64,000 nucleotides of DNA from an uncultured candidatus Brocadiaceae bacterium (GCA_964521715.1 CAZFSS010000013.1:7327-71326), one strand, 5' to 3'; shown: positions 49,075-59,737, counted from the first letter of the stretch. Numbers and translations are program-made. Notes: generated from the sequence alone by a model not told the origin.

Positions 49075-50138
49075 TGGTCAGCATCTCGCTCAGGGGCGTC
49101 AGCAAGAGCTACGGCGACACGGTCGCTGTGGAGGACGTGTCCTTCGAGGTCGGCAAGGGGGAGCTCTTCTTCCTGCTGGGGCCTTCGGGCTGCGGCAAGA
49201 CGACCATCCTGCGCCTGATAGCCGGCTTCCTCAGGCCCGATCGGGGGGCCGTGCTGTTCGACGGGCGGCCCATCGACGACGTGCCGCCTCACCGACGGAA
49301 CACGGGCATGGTCTTCCAGAGCTACGCGTTGTGGCCGCACATGTCCGTCGCTGAGAACGTGGCCTACGGACTCAGAGAGCGCAAGGTCATGGGCCACGAA
49401 CGCGAGGCGCGCGTGGCGGCGGCCCTGGAGACGGTGCGCATGGCCGCTTACCGCGACCGGATGCCCAACCAGCTCTCGGGCGGCCAGCAGCAGCGCATCG
49501 CGCTTGCCCGCGCGCTGGTGATCGAGCCGGACGCCGTTCTGCTAGATGAACCGCTGTCCAATCTGGACGCGCGCCTGCGACTGGAGATGCGAAGGGAGAT
49601 CCGCCGCATCCATGACGAGACGGGCATCACGATGCTGTACGTGACGCACGACCAGAAGGAAGCCCTTTCCATGGCCGAGCGGCTTGCGGTGATGGGCATG
49701 GGGCGACTGGAGCAAGTGGGGACTCCGAGGACGCTCTACCGCCGGCCCGGCAATCGGTTCGTGGCTGAGTTCATCGGGGAAGCCAATTTGATCGAAGGGA
49801 CGCTGACGCGTCGCGATGGGAACCGCGGCACGCTCGATTCGGCGCTCGGACGGCTGGACGGCGTCGTGGCCGATGATGGGTTGAAGACGGGCGACCGAGC
49901 GATATGCATCGTGCGTCCCGAATGCCTCAGACTCGCAGGCGGCGAGCGCAATGCCTTCAAGGCGCGGGTCGAGAGCGCCGTCTATCTCGGCGAGGTGGAG
50001 CAGTTCGTGCTTTCGGCGGGCGGGATGGAGCTTCTTGCCGTGCAGTCCAACCCCGGGGCGGAACCCCCGGCCGGAGGGGACGAGATCGCCGTGCATTTCA
50101 GCGCCGACGACGCCGTGATCCTCCCGTACGAGCAGTGA
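49074..50138 (+). CDS. ABC transporter ATP-binding protein (FbpC/PotA-like, with a C-terminal TOBE-like domain)
   Basis: Walker A GPSGCGKTT, signature LSGGQQQRIALARAL, Walker [12 protein letters not shown]. The GTG start overlaps the SBP stop (TAGTG). Confidence 0.85.
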   Translation: MVSISLRGVSKSYGDTVAVEDVSFEVGKGELFFLLGPSGCGKTTILRLIAGFLRPDRGAVLFDGRPIDDVPPHRRNTGMVFQSYALWPHMSVAENVAYGLRERKVMGHEREARVAAALETVRMAAYRDRMPNQLSGGQQQRIALARALVIEPDAVLLDEPLSNLDARLRLEMRREIRRIHDETGITMLYVTHDQKEALSMAERLAVMGMGRLEQVGTPRTLYRRPGNRFVAEFIGEANLIEGTLTRRDGNRGTLDSALGRLDGVVADDGLKTGDRAICIVRPECLRLAGGERNAFKARVESAVYLGEVEQFVLSAGGMELLAVQSNPGAEPPAGGDEIAVHFSADDAVILPYEQ

Positions 50139-50148
50139 GGGACCGACC

Positions 50149-51819
50149 TTGAGGCGCACCCGCACCGTCCTGGTGCTGATCGTCGCCGCCTTCCTGCTGG
50201 CGTTCCTTTTCTACCCCCTCTACTACTCCTGCCGTCAGGCGTTCTTCGTGGAAGGCGCGTTCACGTTGAAGTTCTTCAAGTACCTCTACACGGACATGCT
50301 CACGCGCCGCTCCATCATGAACAGCCTGGCCCTCGCGTGCATCGTGACCGTCATCACGGCGGCAGTGGCCCTGCCCCTCTCGTTGATCGTGGTGCGCTAT
50401 AGATTCAAGGGCAAGCAGGTTCTGACGTCCATGCTGCTGGTCCCGATGATCATGCCGCCCTTCGTCGGAGCCATCGGCATGCGGCAGATCCTGGCCCGGT
50501 TCGGCTCGGTGAACCTGCTGCTGATGGACGCGGGCCTGACCCACTCTCCCATAGACTGGCTGGGCGGCGCGCGCTTCTGGGGCGTGGCCATCATGGAGGT
50601 GCTGCACCTCTATCCGATCATGTACCTGAACTTCGTCGCCGCGCTCGCCAACGTGGACCCTTCGCTGGAAGAGGCCGCGGTGAACCTCGGCTCCAGCGGG
50701 CTGCGGCTCTTCCGCAGGATCACGCTGCCCCTGATGATGCCGGGCGTGTTCGCGGGGTCCGTCATCGTCTTCATCTGGGCCTTCACGGACCTGGGCACGC
50801 CTCTCGTCTTCGGCTACCGCAACGTCGTGCCCGTCCAGATCTTCAATCAGGTGACGGACCTGGAGAACAATCCCCGCGCCTACGCGCTCGTGGTCGGCGT
50901 GCTGGCCCTGACGATCCTGATCTTCATGACGTCCAAGAGGCTCTTCGGGCTGAAGGCGTACCAGTCGTTGACGCGCGGCCCCGTGCAGGGCTCAGAGAAG
51001 CGCGCGGGCGTTCTGGCCGGCGGCTTGATGGCGGCCTTCATCCTCGGCGTCGTCACGGTCGCGTGCCTGCCGCACGTGGCAGTGGTCCTGACTGCGCTCA
51101 AGGAGGAATGGTTCATGACGGTGCTGCCGACCAGTTACACGGCGCGGCATTTCACCGACGCGCTGGGCCACAAGCTGACGCTGCCGAGCGTTCGCAACAG
51201 CATCCTCTACAGCAGCCTTAGCACGGTGGTGGACCTTGGGCTCGGGACCGTAATCGCTTACCTGCTGGTGCGGCACACGTTCCGCGGGGCCGCGTTGCTG
51301 GACGCCGTGGTCATGCTGCCGCTGGCGATTCCGGGCCTGGTGCTTGCTTTCGGCTACGTCGCCGCCTTCACAGGGACGGCCCTCGACCCTCGGGAGAACC
51401 CGGTGCCCCTGCTCGTCATCGCCTATGCCATACGGCGGCTCCCCTACATGGTGCGCGCCGCTTATGCCGGCTTCCAGCAGCTCAACGTCCAGCTCGAGGA
51501 AGCCGCAATCAACCTGGGCTCCCCTCCCCTGCGCGCCATGCGGCGGATCACGGCCCCCCTGCTGAGCGCCAACCTCATCGCGGGCGGCATCCTGGTCTTC
51601 TCCTTCGCCATGCTGGAGGTGAGCGACAGCCTCATCCTGGCCATGAAGGAGCGGTTCTTCCCCATTACGAAGGCTATCTACGAGTTGATCCAGCGGATCG
51701 AGGACGGTCCCTACATAGCGAGCGCGCTCGGCGTGTGGGCGATGGCGTTCCTGGCCGTCTCGCTCGTGACGGCCAGCATCCTGCTGGGCCGTCGCATGGG
51801 CCAGCTCTTCCGAGCTTGA
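50149..51819 (+). CDS. ABC transporter permease with duplicated transmembrane domain (FbpB-like iron(III) permease)
   Basis: 556 aa with two tandem BPD-transporter permease domains, each carrying the EAA-like loop. Confidence 0.8.
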   Translation: MRRTRTVLVLIVAAFLLAFLFYPLYYSCRQAFFVEGAFTLKFFKYLYTDMLTRRSIMNSLALACIVTVITAAVALPLSLIVVRYRFKGKQVLTSMLLVPMIMPPFVGAIGMRQILARFGSVNLLLMDAGLTHSPIDWLGGARFWGVAIMEVLHLYPIMYLNFVAALANVDPSLEEAAVNLGSSGLRLFRRITLPLMMPGVFAGSVIVFIWAFTDLGTPLVFGYRNVVPVQIFNQVTDLENNPRAYALVVGVLALTILIFMTSKRLFGLKAYQSLTRGPVQGSEKRAGVLAGGLMAAFILGVVTVACLPHVAVVLTALKEEWFMTVLPTSYTARHFTDALGHKLTLPSVRNSILYSSLSTVVDLGLGTVIAYLLVRHTFRGAALLDAVVMLPLAIPGLVLAFGYVAAFTGTALDPRENPVPLLVIAYAIRRLPYMVRAAYAGFQQLNVQLEEAAINLGSPPLRAMRRITAPLLSANLIAGGILVFSFAMLEVSDSLILAMKERFFPITKAIYELIQRIEDGPYIASALGVWAMAFLAVSLVTASILLGRRMGQLFRA

Positions 51820-51877
51820 ATCCGACCTCTGCGGGCAAGTATGCTCTGGGTTTGACCTGTCACGGAAGGAGAGCCAA

Positions 51878-52759
51878 GTGCTCGTCAACCCCTTCGAAGC
51901 CGAAGGCAAGTGGTACAAGGCCAACCTCCACACGCACACGACGGCGTCCGACGGGAAGTGTGAACTGGAGGAGCGCGTCGAGCAGTACCGTGCTAACGGC
52001 TACGACGTGCTGGCCATCACGGATCACGGCGTCGTTTCCGACGCGACCCATTTGGGCACGGACGACTTCCTGGTGTTGGACGGCGTCGAGCTGACCGTCA
52101 CGCCCTTCGAGAATGGGCGTTTCTACCACCTGCTCTGCATCAACACGCCGTCGGACCTGTCGTTCCCGGGGGACTTGAGCCCGAACTTCCTCATCTTCCA
52201 CCTGAAGACTCAGGGCGCCGAATGCCTCATCGCGCATCCGTACTGGAGCGGCAACACGCTGCCGGAGCTCCTGTACCTGGAAGGACACGTCGGCATAGAG
52301 GTCTTCAACGCGGGATGCCAGAACATCGGCAAGGCGTACAGCTCCGTGCACTGGGACGACATGCTGGAGGCCGGAGTGGAGGCGCTGGCCATCGCGGTGG
52401 ACGACGTGCACAGCGCCGGCGATTACCTGGACCTGTTCGGCGGGTGGACGATGCTCAAGATGCAGGAACTCAGCCCCCAGGCCGTGCTGGAGGCGCTCCG
52501 GACGGGCTGCTACTACTCCTCTTCGGGGGCGGAGATCCTGGACTTCTGCGTCACGGAAGGCATGGCGAGGCTCCGTTGCGAGGACGCTTTGGAGATCCAT
52601 CTGATGGCGTCGGCGTGGCACGGATGCAGCCTCTACGCGGGCGACGGTCCGCCGCTGACCGAGGCGCACGTCAATGTGGACTCCGACTGGAAGTACATTC
52701 GCGCCGAGATCGTGAACGCCCGGGGCAAGCGCGCGTGGGCGAATCCCATCTTCCTGTGA
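51878..52759 (+). CDS. PHP-domain metal-dependent phosphoesterase (TrpH/YciV-like)
   Basis: NLHTHTTASDG and LAITDHG motifs match the TrpH/YciV PHP family. Confidence 0.7.
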   Translation: MLVNPFEAEGKWYKANLHTHTTASDGKCELEERVEQYRANGYDVLAITDHGVVSDATHLGTDDFLVLDGVELTVTPFENGRFYHLLCINTPSDLSFPGDLSPNFLIFHLKTQGAECLIAHPYWSGNTLPELLYLEGHVGIEVFNAGCQNIGKAYSSVHWDDMLEAGVEALAIAVDDVHSAGDYLDLFGGWTMLKMQELSPQAVLEALRTGCYYSSSGAEILDFCVTEGMARLRCEDALEIHLMASAWHGCSLYAGDGPPLTEAHVNVDSDWKYIRAEIVNARGKRAWANPIFL

Positions 52760-52868
52760 GCTCCGCCGGGCCGCAGCGGCCGGGCGGCTTCTGCTTGACA
52801 TTGCCGGGTGTGCGGCTAAAGTAGTGGTCGGACTGCCCCTCGTCAATCCGACCCGTCCGGAGTGTTCC

Positions 52869-53738
52869 GTGCGTTTGAGACCAATCTGCATCGTCTGCGT
52901 GGCTTTCCTGGCCGTGCTGCTCGGGGGTTGCGGCGGCGGAGCGCAACAGGGCAGTGTCGAAGACCTCCTCGAGGAGGGGTGGCGCGCTTACTCGACGGGT
53001 GACTTCGACTTCGCCGTCCAGACCTTCGAGTCTGCCGAGCGCAAGCCGGGCCTGACGCCCGAGCAGCATTTCTCAGCGCTGCTCGGCGTCGCCACCACCT
53101 ATCACCTCCGGTCGAATCCCGACCTCGAACAAGCGCGCGCATGGTACGAGCGTCTCGGAGAACTGCCCGCGGGTGAGGCGAAGCGGCAAAGCCTGTTCGG
53201 ACTCGGGCTTATAGACCTGGCCCAGGGCAAGGGCGGCTCCGGCCAGACGAAGCTCGTCAGGCTGATACAGGACTTCCCGGAGAGCATGGAGGCGAACGAG
53301 GCCGTCATACACGTGGCGGATTCGCTCCTCAGGCCCAGCGCAAAGGGCGGGGAGCCGGGCCAGTTCGAGCTGGCCGGGAGTGCGATGGTGGATCGCGGGT
53401 TGAACATGCTGGAGGAGCGTTTGAGGGGTTATCCCCACAATCCCCTGGCCGCTGCGATGCACCTGATGCTGGCCGTGGAGTACATCGAGCTTGAGCAGTT
53501 CGCGAAAGCCGTAGAGCACCTGCAGGCCGCCGAGCTGGAGGGCATCGCCGGAGTCAGAATGCAGAGCGTGAACCTTTGGCGCATCGCCCGCATCGCGCAG
53601 ATGGAGCTGAAGGACTACGGCCTGGCCGAGCAGTACTACGCCAGGTACGTTGAGGAGTTTCCCAGGACGACCCTCTATTACAGGGCGAGCAGGAGCCTCG
53701 ATCGCGTTCGCGCACTGAAGGCGGAGGAGGGGTCATGA
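52869..53738 (+). CDS. TPR-repeat lipoprotein
   Basis: Lipobox after the signal peptide (VAFLAVLLGGC), then several TPR-like helices. The GTG start at 52869 has a GGAG site upstream. The ATG at 52824 is an alternative start. Confidence 0.6.
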   Translation: MRLRPICIVCVAFLAVLLGGCGGGAQQGSVEDLLEEGWRAYSTGDFDFAVQTFESAERKPGLTPEQHFSALLGVATTYHLRSNPDLEQARAWYERLGELPAGEAKRQSLFGLGLIDLAQGKGGSGQTKLVRLIQDFPESMEANEAVIHVADSLLRPSAKGGEPGQFELAGSAMVDRGLNMLEERLRGYPHNPLAAAMHLMLAVEYIELEQFAKAVEHLQAAELEGIAGVRMQSVNLWRIARIAQMELKDYGLAEQYYARYVEEFPRTTLYYRASRSLDRVRALKAEEGS

Positions 53739-55399
53739 GCGACGCGAGTCAGCTATGGGCGAAGCTCAGGAGATATCCTGCCCTTCTGCTGCTCGTGGCG
53801 GTGTACGTCATTTCTTGCCTGGTCGTCGTGGGCAACGTCATCCGCGGGTCCGGCGGCGGCCCCGGCGAAGAGAAGAGGAAGGTCCTGCGCTTCGCCCACT
53901 GGCAGCTCGAGCCCGGCATACGCAGCGCGCTGGACCAGTTGATCGCGGACTACGAGGAGCTCCACCCCGACATCGAGGTCCGGCAGATACTGATCCCGGA
54001 GGAAGGCTATTTCCGCTGGGTGAACACGCAGCTCATCGGGCGCACGGCTCCGGACATGATCGAGTGCGGCCTGGGCGGCACGGTGGCCTGGGCCCTCTGG
54101 CCGAAGTTCTACGCCCGATACTTCATGCCGCTCGACCGCTACGTGGACCAGCCGAATCCTTACAACAAGGGCACGGAGTTCGAGCAGACGCCGTGGCGGA
54201 AGACCTACTTCGACGAGATGGACGGAGGCTACGACGAGTCGCTCCAGAGCTATTACCGCGTGCCGCTGTCGGCGTTCACGGTGAGGCTTTACTACAACAA
54301 GGGGCTGATCGAGGAGGTCTGGGGGGCCTCCTTCCCGCAGACCTACGAGGAGTTCATAAAGCTCTGTGAGAAGCTGGTTCAGTACGGCAAGGACAGGGGC
54401 AGGAAACTCGTCCCAATAGCCGGGTCGGGCTACAATTTCCGCCAGTTCTTTGACGCCTACCGGACGGCGTTCACGGCCGATTACCTGGATCGGCTGGACA
54501 AGGACTACGACGGCACCGTGAGCAGGATCGAGTCCGCCGGTCCCCTCTACTCGGGCGCCGTGAGCATGGATGAGCCGCCGATCCGCGCCAACTTCGAGTT
54601 CGTGCGGGAGCTTTCGGCCTATTTCCCCCAGGGCTACACGTCGCTCGACCGGGACGAGGCCGTGTTCCTGTTCCTGCAGGGCCACTCCGCCATGATCACG
54701 ACCGGCAGTTGGGACTACAAGAGCCTGGGCGTTCAGTCCGAGTTCGAGATAGCCGTGGCGGACATCCCGCTGCCTTCGAAGGATGATCCGCGCTACGGCC
54801 GGTACGTGGCCGGTCCGGAGACCGAGGCCGGCCTTGAAGGCGGCTTCCCCATGGCCATCACCAAGATCTCCAAGAATGCGGACCTGGCCCTGGACTTCCT
54901 CCAGTATGCTTCGTCGCTGCGCAAGAACGAGGAGCTCAACAGGGCGATGTACTGGCTGCCGGTCATCAAGGGGGCGGAGCCGCGCGAGGATCTGCGCCCG
55001 TTCGCGCCGCGCATAGAGGGCTTCTCACCGTCCATCGAGTACGAGGGTCCGGGGGCGGAGTTGGCATACAGCCAGGCAACGCCGGACTACCTGTCGGGCA
55101 AGATCAGCTACGAAGAGCTCGCCGAGGAACTCGTTCGGGCGTACCATCGTGATGGCCCGCTGGGCGTCGACGAGTACTTCAAGAACAACGAACAGACGCT
55201 GGACCAGCAGATGCGGTTCGCCGCCCTTCGGCGGGCGGCCATCGCGGGCGCCGAAGGCGCGACGGCCGTGCTGACGGGCGACAGCGAGATGCAGTACAAG
55301 AGGATTATAGAAGCCTACGTGGCCCAGCTCGGCGTCCGCAACAGCGAGATCGGAATCTGGGCCGAGAACGTGAAGCGGCTCGCAAGCACCGGACGTTAA
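53735..55399 (+). CDS. Extracellular solute-binding protein, family 1 (carbohydrate ABC transporter SBP, large)
   Basis: N-terminal signal anchor, then an SBP fold. It is followed by MalF/MalG-like permeases and a MalK-like ATPase. Its ATG overlaps the upstream stop. Confidence 0.7.
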   Translation: MSDASQLWAKLRRYPALLLLVAVYVISCLVVVGNVIRGSGGGPGEEKRKVLRFAHWQLEPGIRSALDQLIADYEELHPDIEVRQILIPEEGYFRWVNTQLIGRTAPDMIECGLGGTVAWALWPKFYARYFMPLDRYVDQPNPYNKGTEFEQTPWRKTYFDEMDGGYDESLQSYYRVPLSAFTVRLYYNKGLIEEVWGASFPQTYEEFIKLCEKLVQYGKDRGRKLVPIAGSGYNFRQFFDAYRTAFTADYLDRLDKDYDGTVSRIESAGPLYSGAVSMDEPPIRANFEFVRELSAYFPQGYTSLDRDEAVFLFLQGHSAMITTGSWDYKSLGVQSEFEIAVADIPLPSKDDPRYGRYVAGPETEAGLEGGFPMAITKISKNADLALDFLQYASSLRKNEELNRAMYWLPVIKGAEPREDLRPFAPRIEGFSPSIEYEGPGAELAYSQATPDYLSGKISYEELAEELVRAYHRDGPLGVDEYFKNNEQTLDQQMRFAALRRAAIAGAEGATAVLTGDSEMQYKRIIEAYVAQLGVRNSEIGIWAENVKRLASTGR

Positions 55400-55411
55400 C
55401 CGGCGGGAGCC

Positions 55412-56383
55412 ATGGCAAGGGAACGCGTCAGATTCCGGCAGATAGGCAGGTACTGGCCGCTCTACGTCATGATGCTGCCGACGCTGGCCCTGGTGGCCGT
55501 CTTCATGTACTGGCCCGCGATCAGCGGCATCTACCACAGTTTCTATCGCTGGGACGGAGACGAGCTGGCCACGTGGACCGGGTTCCAGAACTATTCCAGG
55601 GCCTTCACCGACCCCACACTCGGGCGCTCCTTCATCGTGGTCGGGATCCTGTTCGTCGCCAGCCTCTTCAAAATGGTGCCGTCGATCCTCACCGCCGTAG
55701 TCATCCACCGCGTGACCAGCGACAAAATGCGCTACCTCTACCGCTTGCTTTTCGTCGTGCCGATGGTCATCCCCTGGATGGTCGTCCTGCTGATGTGGAA
55801 GTTCTTCTACAACCCGGTGGTCGGCCTGCTGAACAGCTTCCTCAACGGAACCCACTTGATGGCCCTCCTGGTCGCCGTCAATGGATGGCTCATCGAGGCG
55901 GGCATCGCCACGGGCGAGCCCCTCTTCAAGGCCGGCATGAACCCGGCGTGGCTCGGCGACTCCTCGCTCGTGCTGCCGGCCCTGATCTTCTGGGGGTTCC
56001 CGTGGATCGGCATCATCGGCGTCCTGATCTACCTGTCGGGCCTGGAGCGGATACCGCGGTCGGTCTACGAGTGCGCCGAACTGGACGGCGTGGGCTGGTT
56101 CGGCAAGTTCCTCTACATCGAGCTGCCCCTGATAGCGACGCAGGTGCGCATCAACTTGGTGCTGCTGATCATCGGAGTGTTGCAGGCGTACGACTTGATA
56201 CTGGTCCTGCTGGAAGAGTCGGGCGGCCCCGGCGGAGCGGCCATGGTGCCGGGCCTGTACATGTACTACAACGCTTTCGTGCGGCGTGAGGCGGGATACG
56301 CCTGCGCCATCGGCGTTCTGCTCTTTTTCGTCATCCTGATACTGACGCTCATCAACACTAAGCTCGTCCGGGTGGAGAAATGA
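55412..56383 (+). CDS. Carbohydrate ABC transporter permease (MalF/UgpA-like)
   Basis: Six TM helices and an EAA loop (YECAELDGVGWFGKFLYIELPL). Confidence 0.85.
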   Translation: MARERVRFRQIGRYWPLYVMMLPTLALVAVFMYWPAISGIYHSFYRWDGDELATWTGFQNYSRAFTDPTLGRSFIVVGILFVASLFKMVPSILTAVVIHRVTSDKMRYLYRLLFVVPMVIPWMVVLLMWKFFYNPVVGLLNSFLNGTHLMALLVAVNGWLIEAGIATGEPLFKAGMNPAWLGDSSLVLPALIFWGFPWIGIIGVLIYLSGLERIPRSVYECAELDGVGWFGKFLYIELPLIATQVRINLVLLIIGVLQAYDLILVLLEESGGPGGAAMVPGLYMYYNAFVRREAGYACAIGVLLFFVILILTLINTKLVRVEK

Positions 56384-57210
56384 GCAGGGCATCGGAGAAC
56401 CCGATAGCGCGCGTCTTGAAGCACGGCTACCTGTGGGCCATGCTGGCGCTCGTCTTCCTGCCCTTCTACGTCATGCTCGTTGTCAGTTTCAAAGACAACA
56501 AGCAGTTCTACAACCAGACCTGGCTGCCCACCTGGCCCCTGCACTGGGGGAACTGGGCGGAGGCATGGGACACGGTCGGCGTCTACATCGCCAACTCCGT
56601 GTTCCTGGCCGTCACGGCGACACTGGTAACGCTGGTCGTGGGCGTTCTGTCCGCCTACGTGTTTGGACGGTATCGCGTGCCGTTCGGCGAGCTGTTCTGG
56701 GCCGGCCTGATCATCCTGATGCTCATGCCGGGAGTGGCGCACCTGATCCCGTTGTTCAACCTGATGCGGCGGCTCGACCTGCTCAACTCCCTTCTCGGGC
56801 TCTCGATCGTGTCCGCAGCCGGCGGCCAGGTCTTCTGCCTCTACGTGCTGCGCAACTTCATCGAGGACATGCCGAAGGAGTTCTTCGAGTGCGCCCGTAT
56901 TGACGGCGCCTCTCACTTGCAGCAGGTGATCCACGTGGTGATCCCGCAGTCCGGCGGCATCATCTCGGCGCTCGCCATCATGGGCTTTGTCGGAGCGTGG
57001 AACTCCTTCATCCTCCCCCTGATCACGATCCGCGACACCGAGCTGCTGCCCCTGGCGGTCGGGCTCTACCGCCTTCAGGGAGCATACGTCAAGCAGTGGG
57101 GTCCGTTGATGGCGGCCTACTTCATCTCGGCGGTGCCGCTGGTCATCCTGTTCGCGTTCACCATGAGGTTCTTCATCCGGGGAATCACCGAGGGCGCCAT
57201 CAAGGGCTGA
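56380..57210 (+). CDS. Carbohydrate ABC transporter permease (MalG/UgpE-like)
   Basis: EAA loop ARIDGASHLQQVIHVVIPQ. Overlaps the upstream gene by 4 nt. Confidence 0.85.
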   Translation: MSRASENPIARVLKHGYLWAMLALVFLPFYVMLVVSFKDNKQFYNQTWLPTWPLHWGNWAEAWDTVGVYIANSVFLAVTATLVTLVVGVLSAYVFGRYRVPFGELFWAGLIILMLMPGVAHLIPLFNLMRRLDLLNSLLGLSIVSAAGGQVFCLYVLRNFIEDMPKEFFECARIDGASHLQQVIHVVIPQSGGIISALAIMGFVGAWNSFILPLITIRDTELLPLAVGLYRLQGAYVKQWGPLMAAYFISAVPLVILFAFTMRFFIRGITEGAIKG

Positions 57211-57237
57211 AGCGAGACGCAGTTTGGAGATGGAAAC

Positions 57238-58380
57238 ATGGCCGAAGTGAGATTCGAAGACGTCTCCAAGGTCTACGAAGGGGACGTGCGCGCCGTTAAC
57301 GATGTGGACCTGACGGTTGAGGACGGCAGTCTGCTCGTCCTGGTCGGCCCCTCGGGGTGCGGCAAATCCACCACGCTCCGAATGGTCGCGGGCCTGGAGG
57401 AGATCACGAGTGGCAGCATCTACATCGGCGGCGAGCGCGTCAACGACGTCCTTCCCAAGGACCGCGACATCGCCATGGTCTTTCAGAACTACGCCCTCTA
57501 CCCCCACATGACCGTCTACAACAACATGGCCTTCGGCCTGAAGCTGCGCAAGTACCCCCGTCAGGAGATCGCGGAGCGCGTCGCCGAGGCCGCCGAGCTG
57601 CTGGAGATCAGCTCGCTTATGCGCAGGCGCCCGAAGGAGCTGTCGGGCGGGCAGGCCCAGCGCGTGGCCGTCGGCAGGGCCATCGTCAGGCACCCCAAGG
57701 TCTTCCTGTTCGACGAGCCGCTGAGCAACCTGGACGCCAAGCTGCGCGTGCAGATGCGCGTGGAGATAGCGCGCCTTCACGATCGCCTCGGCACGACGAT
57801 GATCTACGTCACGCACGATCAGGTTGAGGCCATGACGCTCGGCACCAAAGTGGCCGTGATGAAGGACGGCTACGTCCTTCAGGTTGCCGAGCCGCTGGTC
57901 CTCTACAACCGTCCCATCAACAAGTTCGTGGCCGGCTTCATCGGCAGCCCGCCCATGAACTTCATTAACGGCAGATTGGAGCAGCGTGCCGGGGGCATCT
58001 GGCTTGTGGGCCGCGAGCTGGAGCTTAAGCTCGATCGGGATGTCGCGCCCGCCGTGGCCTCTCGCGTGGGCAAGTCCGTGCACCTGGGCATCCGGCCGGA
58101 GGACATCCACGACAGCGCCCTCATGCCCAGAGCGCCGCGGGAGAACGTCAAGACGATGCACGTCGAGGTCGTCGAGCCGCTCGGCGCGGAAACGTTGGTG
58201 TACCTGCGCGCGCATCAGAGCCGTCAGGACATCGTCGCCAAGTTTGACAGCCGAAGCGAGCTGCGCGTCAACCAGGACGCCTCCCTAGCATTCGACATGA
58301 CCAAGGCCCACATCTTCGACGCCGAGACAGAGGAATCCCTGACCTACGGAGGCGGAAGGGCCGCGGCAACGCTTTCCTGA
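57238..58380 (+). CDS. Sugar ABC transporter ATP-binding protein (MalK/UgpC-like, with a C-terminal TOBE domain)
   Basis: Walker [35 protein letters not shown], and a C-terminal regulatory domain. Confidence 0.9.
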   Translation: MAEVRFEDVSKVYEGDVRAVNDVDLTVEDGSLLVLVGPSGCGKSTTLRMVAGLEEITSGSIYIGGERVNDVLPKDRDIAMVFQNYALYPHMTVYNNMAFGLKLRKYPRQEIAERVAEAAELLEISSLMRRRPKELSGGQAQRVAVGRAIVRHPKVFLFDEPLSNLDAKLRVQMRVEIARLHDRLGTTMIYVTHDQVEAMTLGTKVAVMKDGYVLQVAEPLVLYNRPINKFVAGFIGSPPMNFINGRLEQRAGGIWLVGRELELKLDRDVAPAVASRVGKSVHLGIRPEDIHDSALMPRAPRENVKTMHVEVVEPLGAETLVYLRAHQSRQDIVAKFDSRSELRVNQDASLAFDMTKAHIFDAETEESLTYGGGRAAATLS

Positions 58381-58455
58381 TCCGGGTGCCGCCCGGGTCC
58401 CCTTGATCGGCGAAGCGTTCTTCGTGAGGTCGCCGCCCTGCCGACGGAGGCGTCC

Positions 58456-58863
58456 ATGAGCAGCTTCGATGCCAAGACGAGGTACGCGCTGCTGGCAACG
58501 CTGGATCTCGCACAGCACCACAGCCCCAAGAAGCCTGTCAAGGCGCGCGAGATAGCGGCGCGGACCGGCGCGCCCGCCAAGTACCTGGTTCACATCCTCC
58601 TGCGGCTCAAGCGCAAGGCCCTGGTCAACAGCACGCGCGGCCCCAGCGGCGGCTACTGGCTGGTGCGCCCTCCCGAGTTGATCAGCGTGGCTGAGGTGAT
58701 CGCCGCAGTGCAGGAAAGCCGCAAGCGCGGGCGCTCTGACCGCACCGAGGACTCGCACGAGCAGATCGTCAGCCGCCTGTGGACCGACGCGGAGCGCAAG
58801 CGGCACCAATTCCTGTCGCAGGTGACGCTGGCGGACCTGCTCAGCGGCAAAGACGCGATCTAG
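58456..58863 (+). CDS. Rrf2-family transcriptional regulator with no cysteines
   Basis: TRYALLATLDLAQHH plus a winged HTH. The 135-aa protein contains no Cys, so it cannot carry an Fe-S cluster. Confidence 0.7.
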   Translation: MSSFDAKTRYALLATLDLAQHHSPKKPVKAREIAARTGAPAKYLVHILLRLKRKALVNSTRGPSGGYWLVRPPELISVAEVIAAVQESRKRGRSDRTEDSHEQIVSRLWTDAERKRHQFLSQVTLADLLSGKDAI

Positions 58864-58867
58864 GAAC

Positions 58868-59737
58868 CTACCCCCCGGGGCCCCTGACGGCCAGAACGCC
58901 CCGGGCGACCCGCCGCGCGTGCGTGAAGCCCGCGTGCCGGAGGCGCTGCATCACCCCCCGCGCGTAGTCCCTGCCCGCCCTGGCTCCCGGTTCGCCCACG
59001 TAGTGGTAGAGCAGCCCTCCCGGCGAGAGGACGCGGCCGAACTGGGCATACAGGGCCTCTGCATACAGCTCCCCGGCGTGGAAAACCGTCGGCGGATCGT
59101 GGAAGACGCAGGCAAACCGCCCGCCTGCGCACTCCTGCACCAGACGCCGCACGTCGGACTGCACGATCTCGACGTTCCGCGCCGTAAAGAGGCCCTCGGA
59201 CCAGGGATTCACGGCGGCGACCTCCAGCACGTTGGGGTCCACCTCACACGTGACTACGCGCTCGAAGCTCATCTGCGCCAGCAACTGGGCGCTGTAGCCC
59301 AGCCCGCAGCACGTGTCCAGGCACTCGCCATGGCGCGCCGGCAGAACGCCGACCTTCTCCGCCTCATCCTGCCAGGGGTCCATGCCTACGATCGCGTGCA
59401 TGGCGGCGCCGTTGATGACAATGGTCGGCGCGCGGCCTTCGTAGGGCTGGAAGAGCTTGTAGTACTTCCGGTCCGCCTCGCTGTAGAGGTAGACCTTCTG
59501 GCAACCGCCTGCGCGGATCTCGATGCAGTCCTCCGGCGAGGAGAAGCAGGCCGCCAGGTCCTTCTTGGTCGGCTTCTGGCCGTCCGGCAGGACGATCTCG
59601 GCCCCCCCCACCGAGACGTCGGCCGTGGTGCGCCCCAGATCCAGGCTGACTTCCAGGACGCCGCTGTCGGCATCCACGAGCCGTCGGGCGGTCCTGCCAG
59701 AGATGACGGGAGTGCGATGCGGCTGAGGAGGATGCAT
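58868..59737 (-). CDS. Class I SAM-dependent methyltransferase (DPP(F/Y)-type, N2-guanine/N6-adenine RNA methyltransferase-like) with an N-terminal extra domain
   Basis: Motif I LDTCCGLGYSA and motif IV VFHDPP. Confidence 0.6.
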   Translation of the reverse strand: MHPPQPHRTPVISGRTARRLVDADSGVLEVSLDLGRTTADVSVGGAEIVLPDGQKPTKKDLAACFSSPEDCIEIRAGGCQKVYLYSEADRKYYKLFQPYEGRAPTIVINGAAMHAIVGMDPWQDEAEKVGVLPARHGECLDTCCGLGYSAQLLAQMSFERVVTCEVDPNVLEVAAVNPWSEGLFTARNVEIVQSDVRRLVQECAGGRFACVFHDPPTVFHAGELYAEALYAQFGRVLSPGGLLYHYVGEPGARAGRDYARGVMQRLRHAGFTHARRVARGVLAVRGPGG

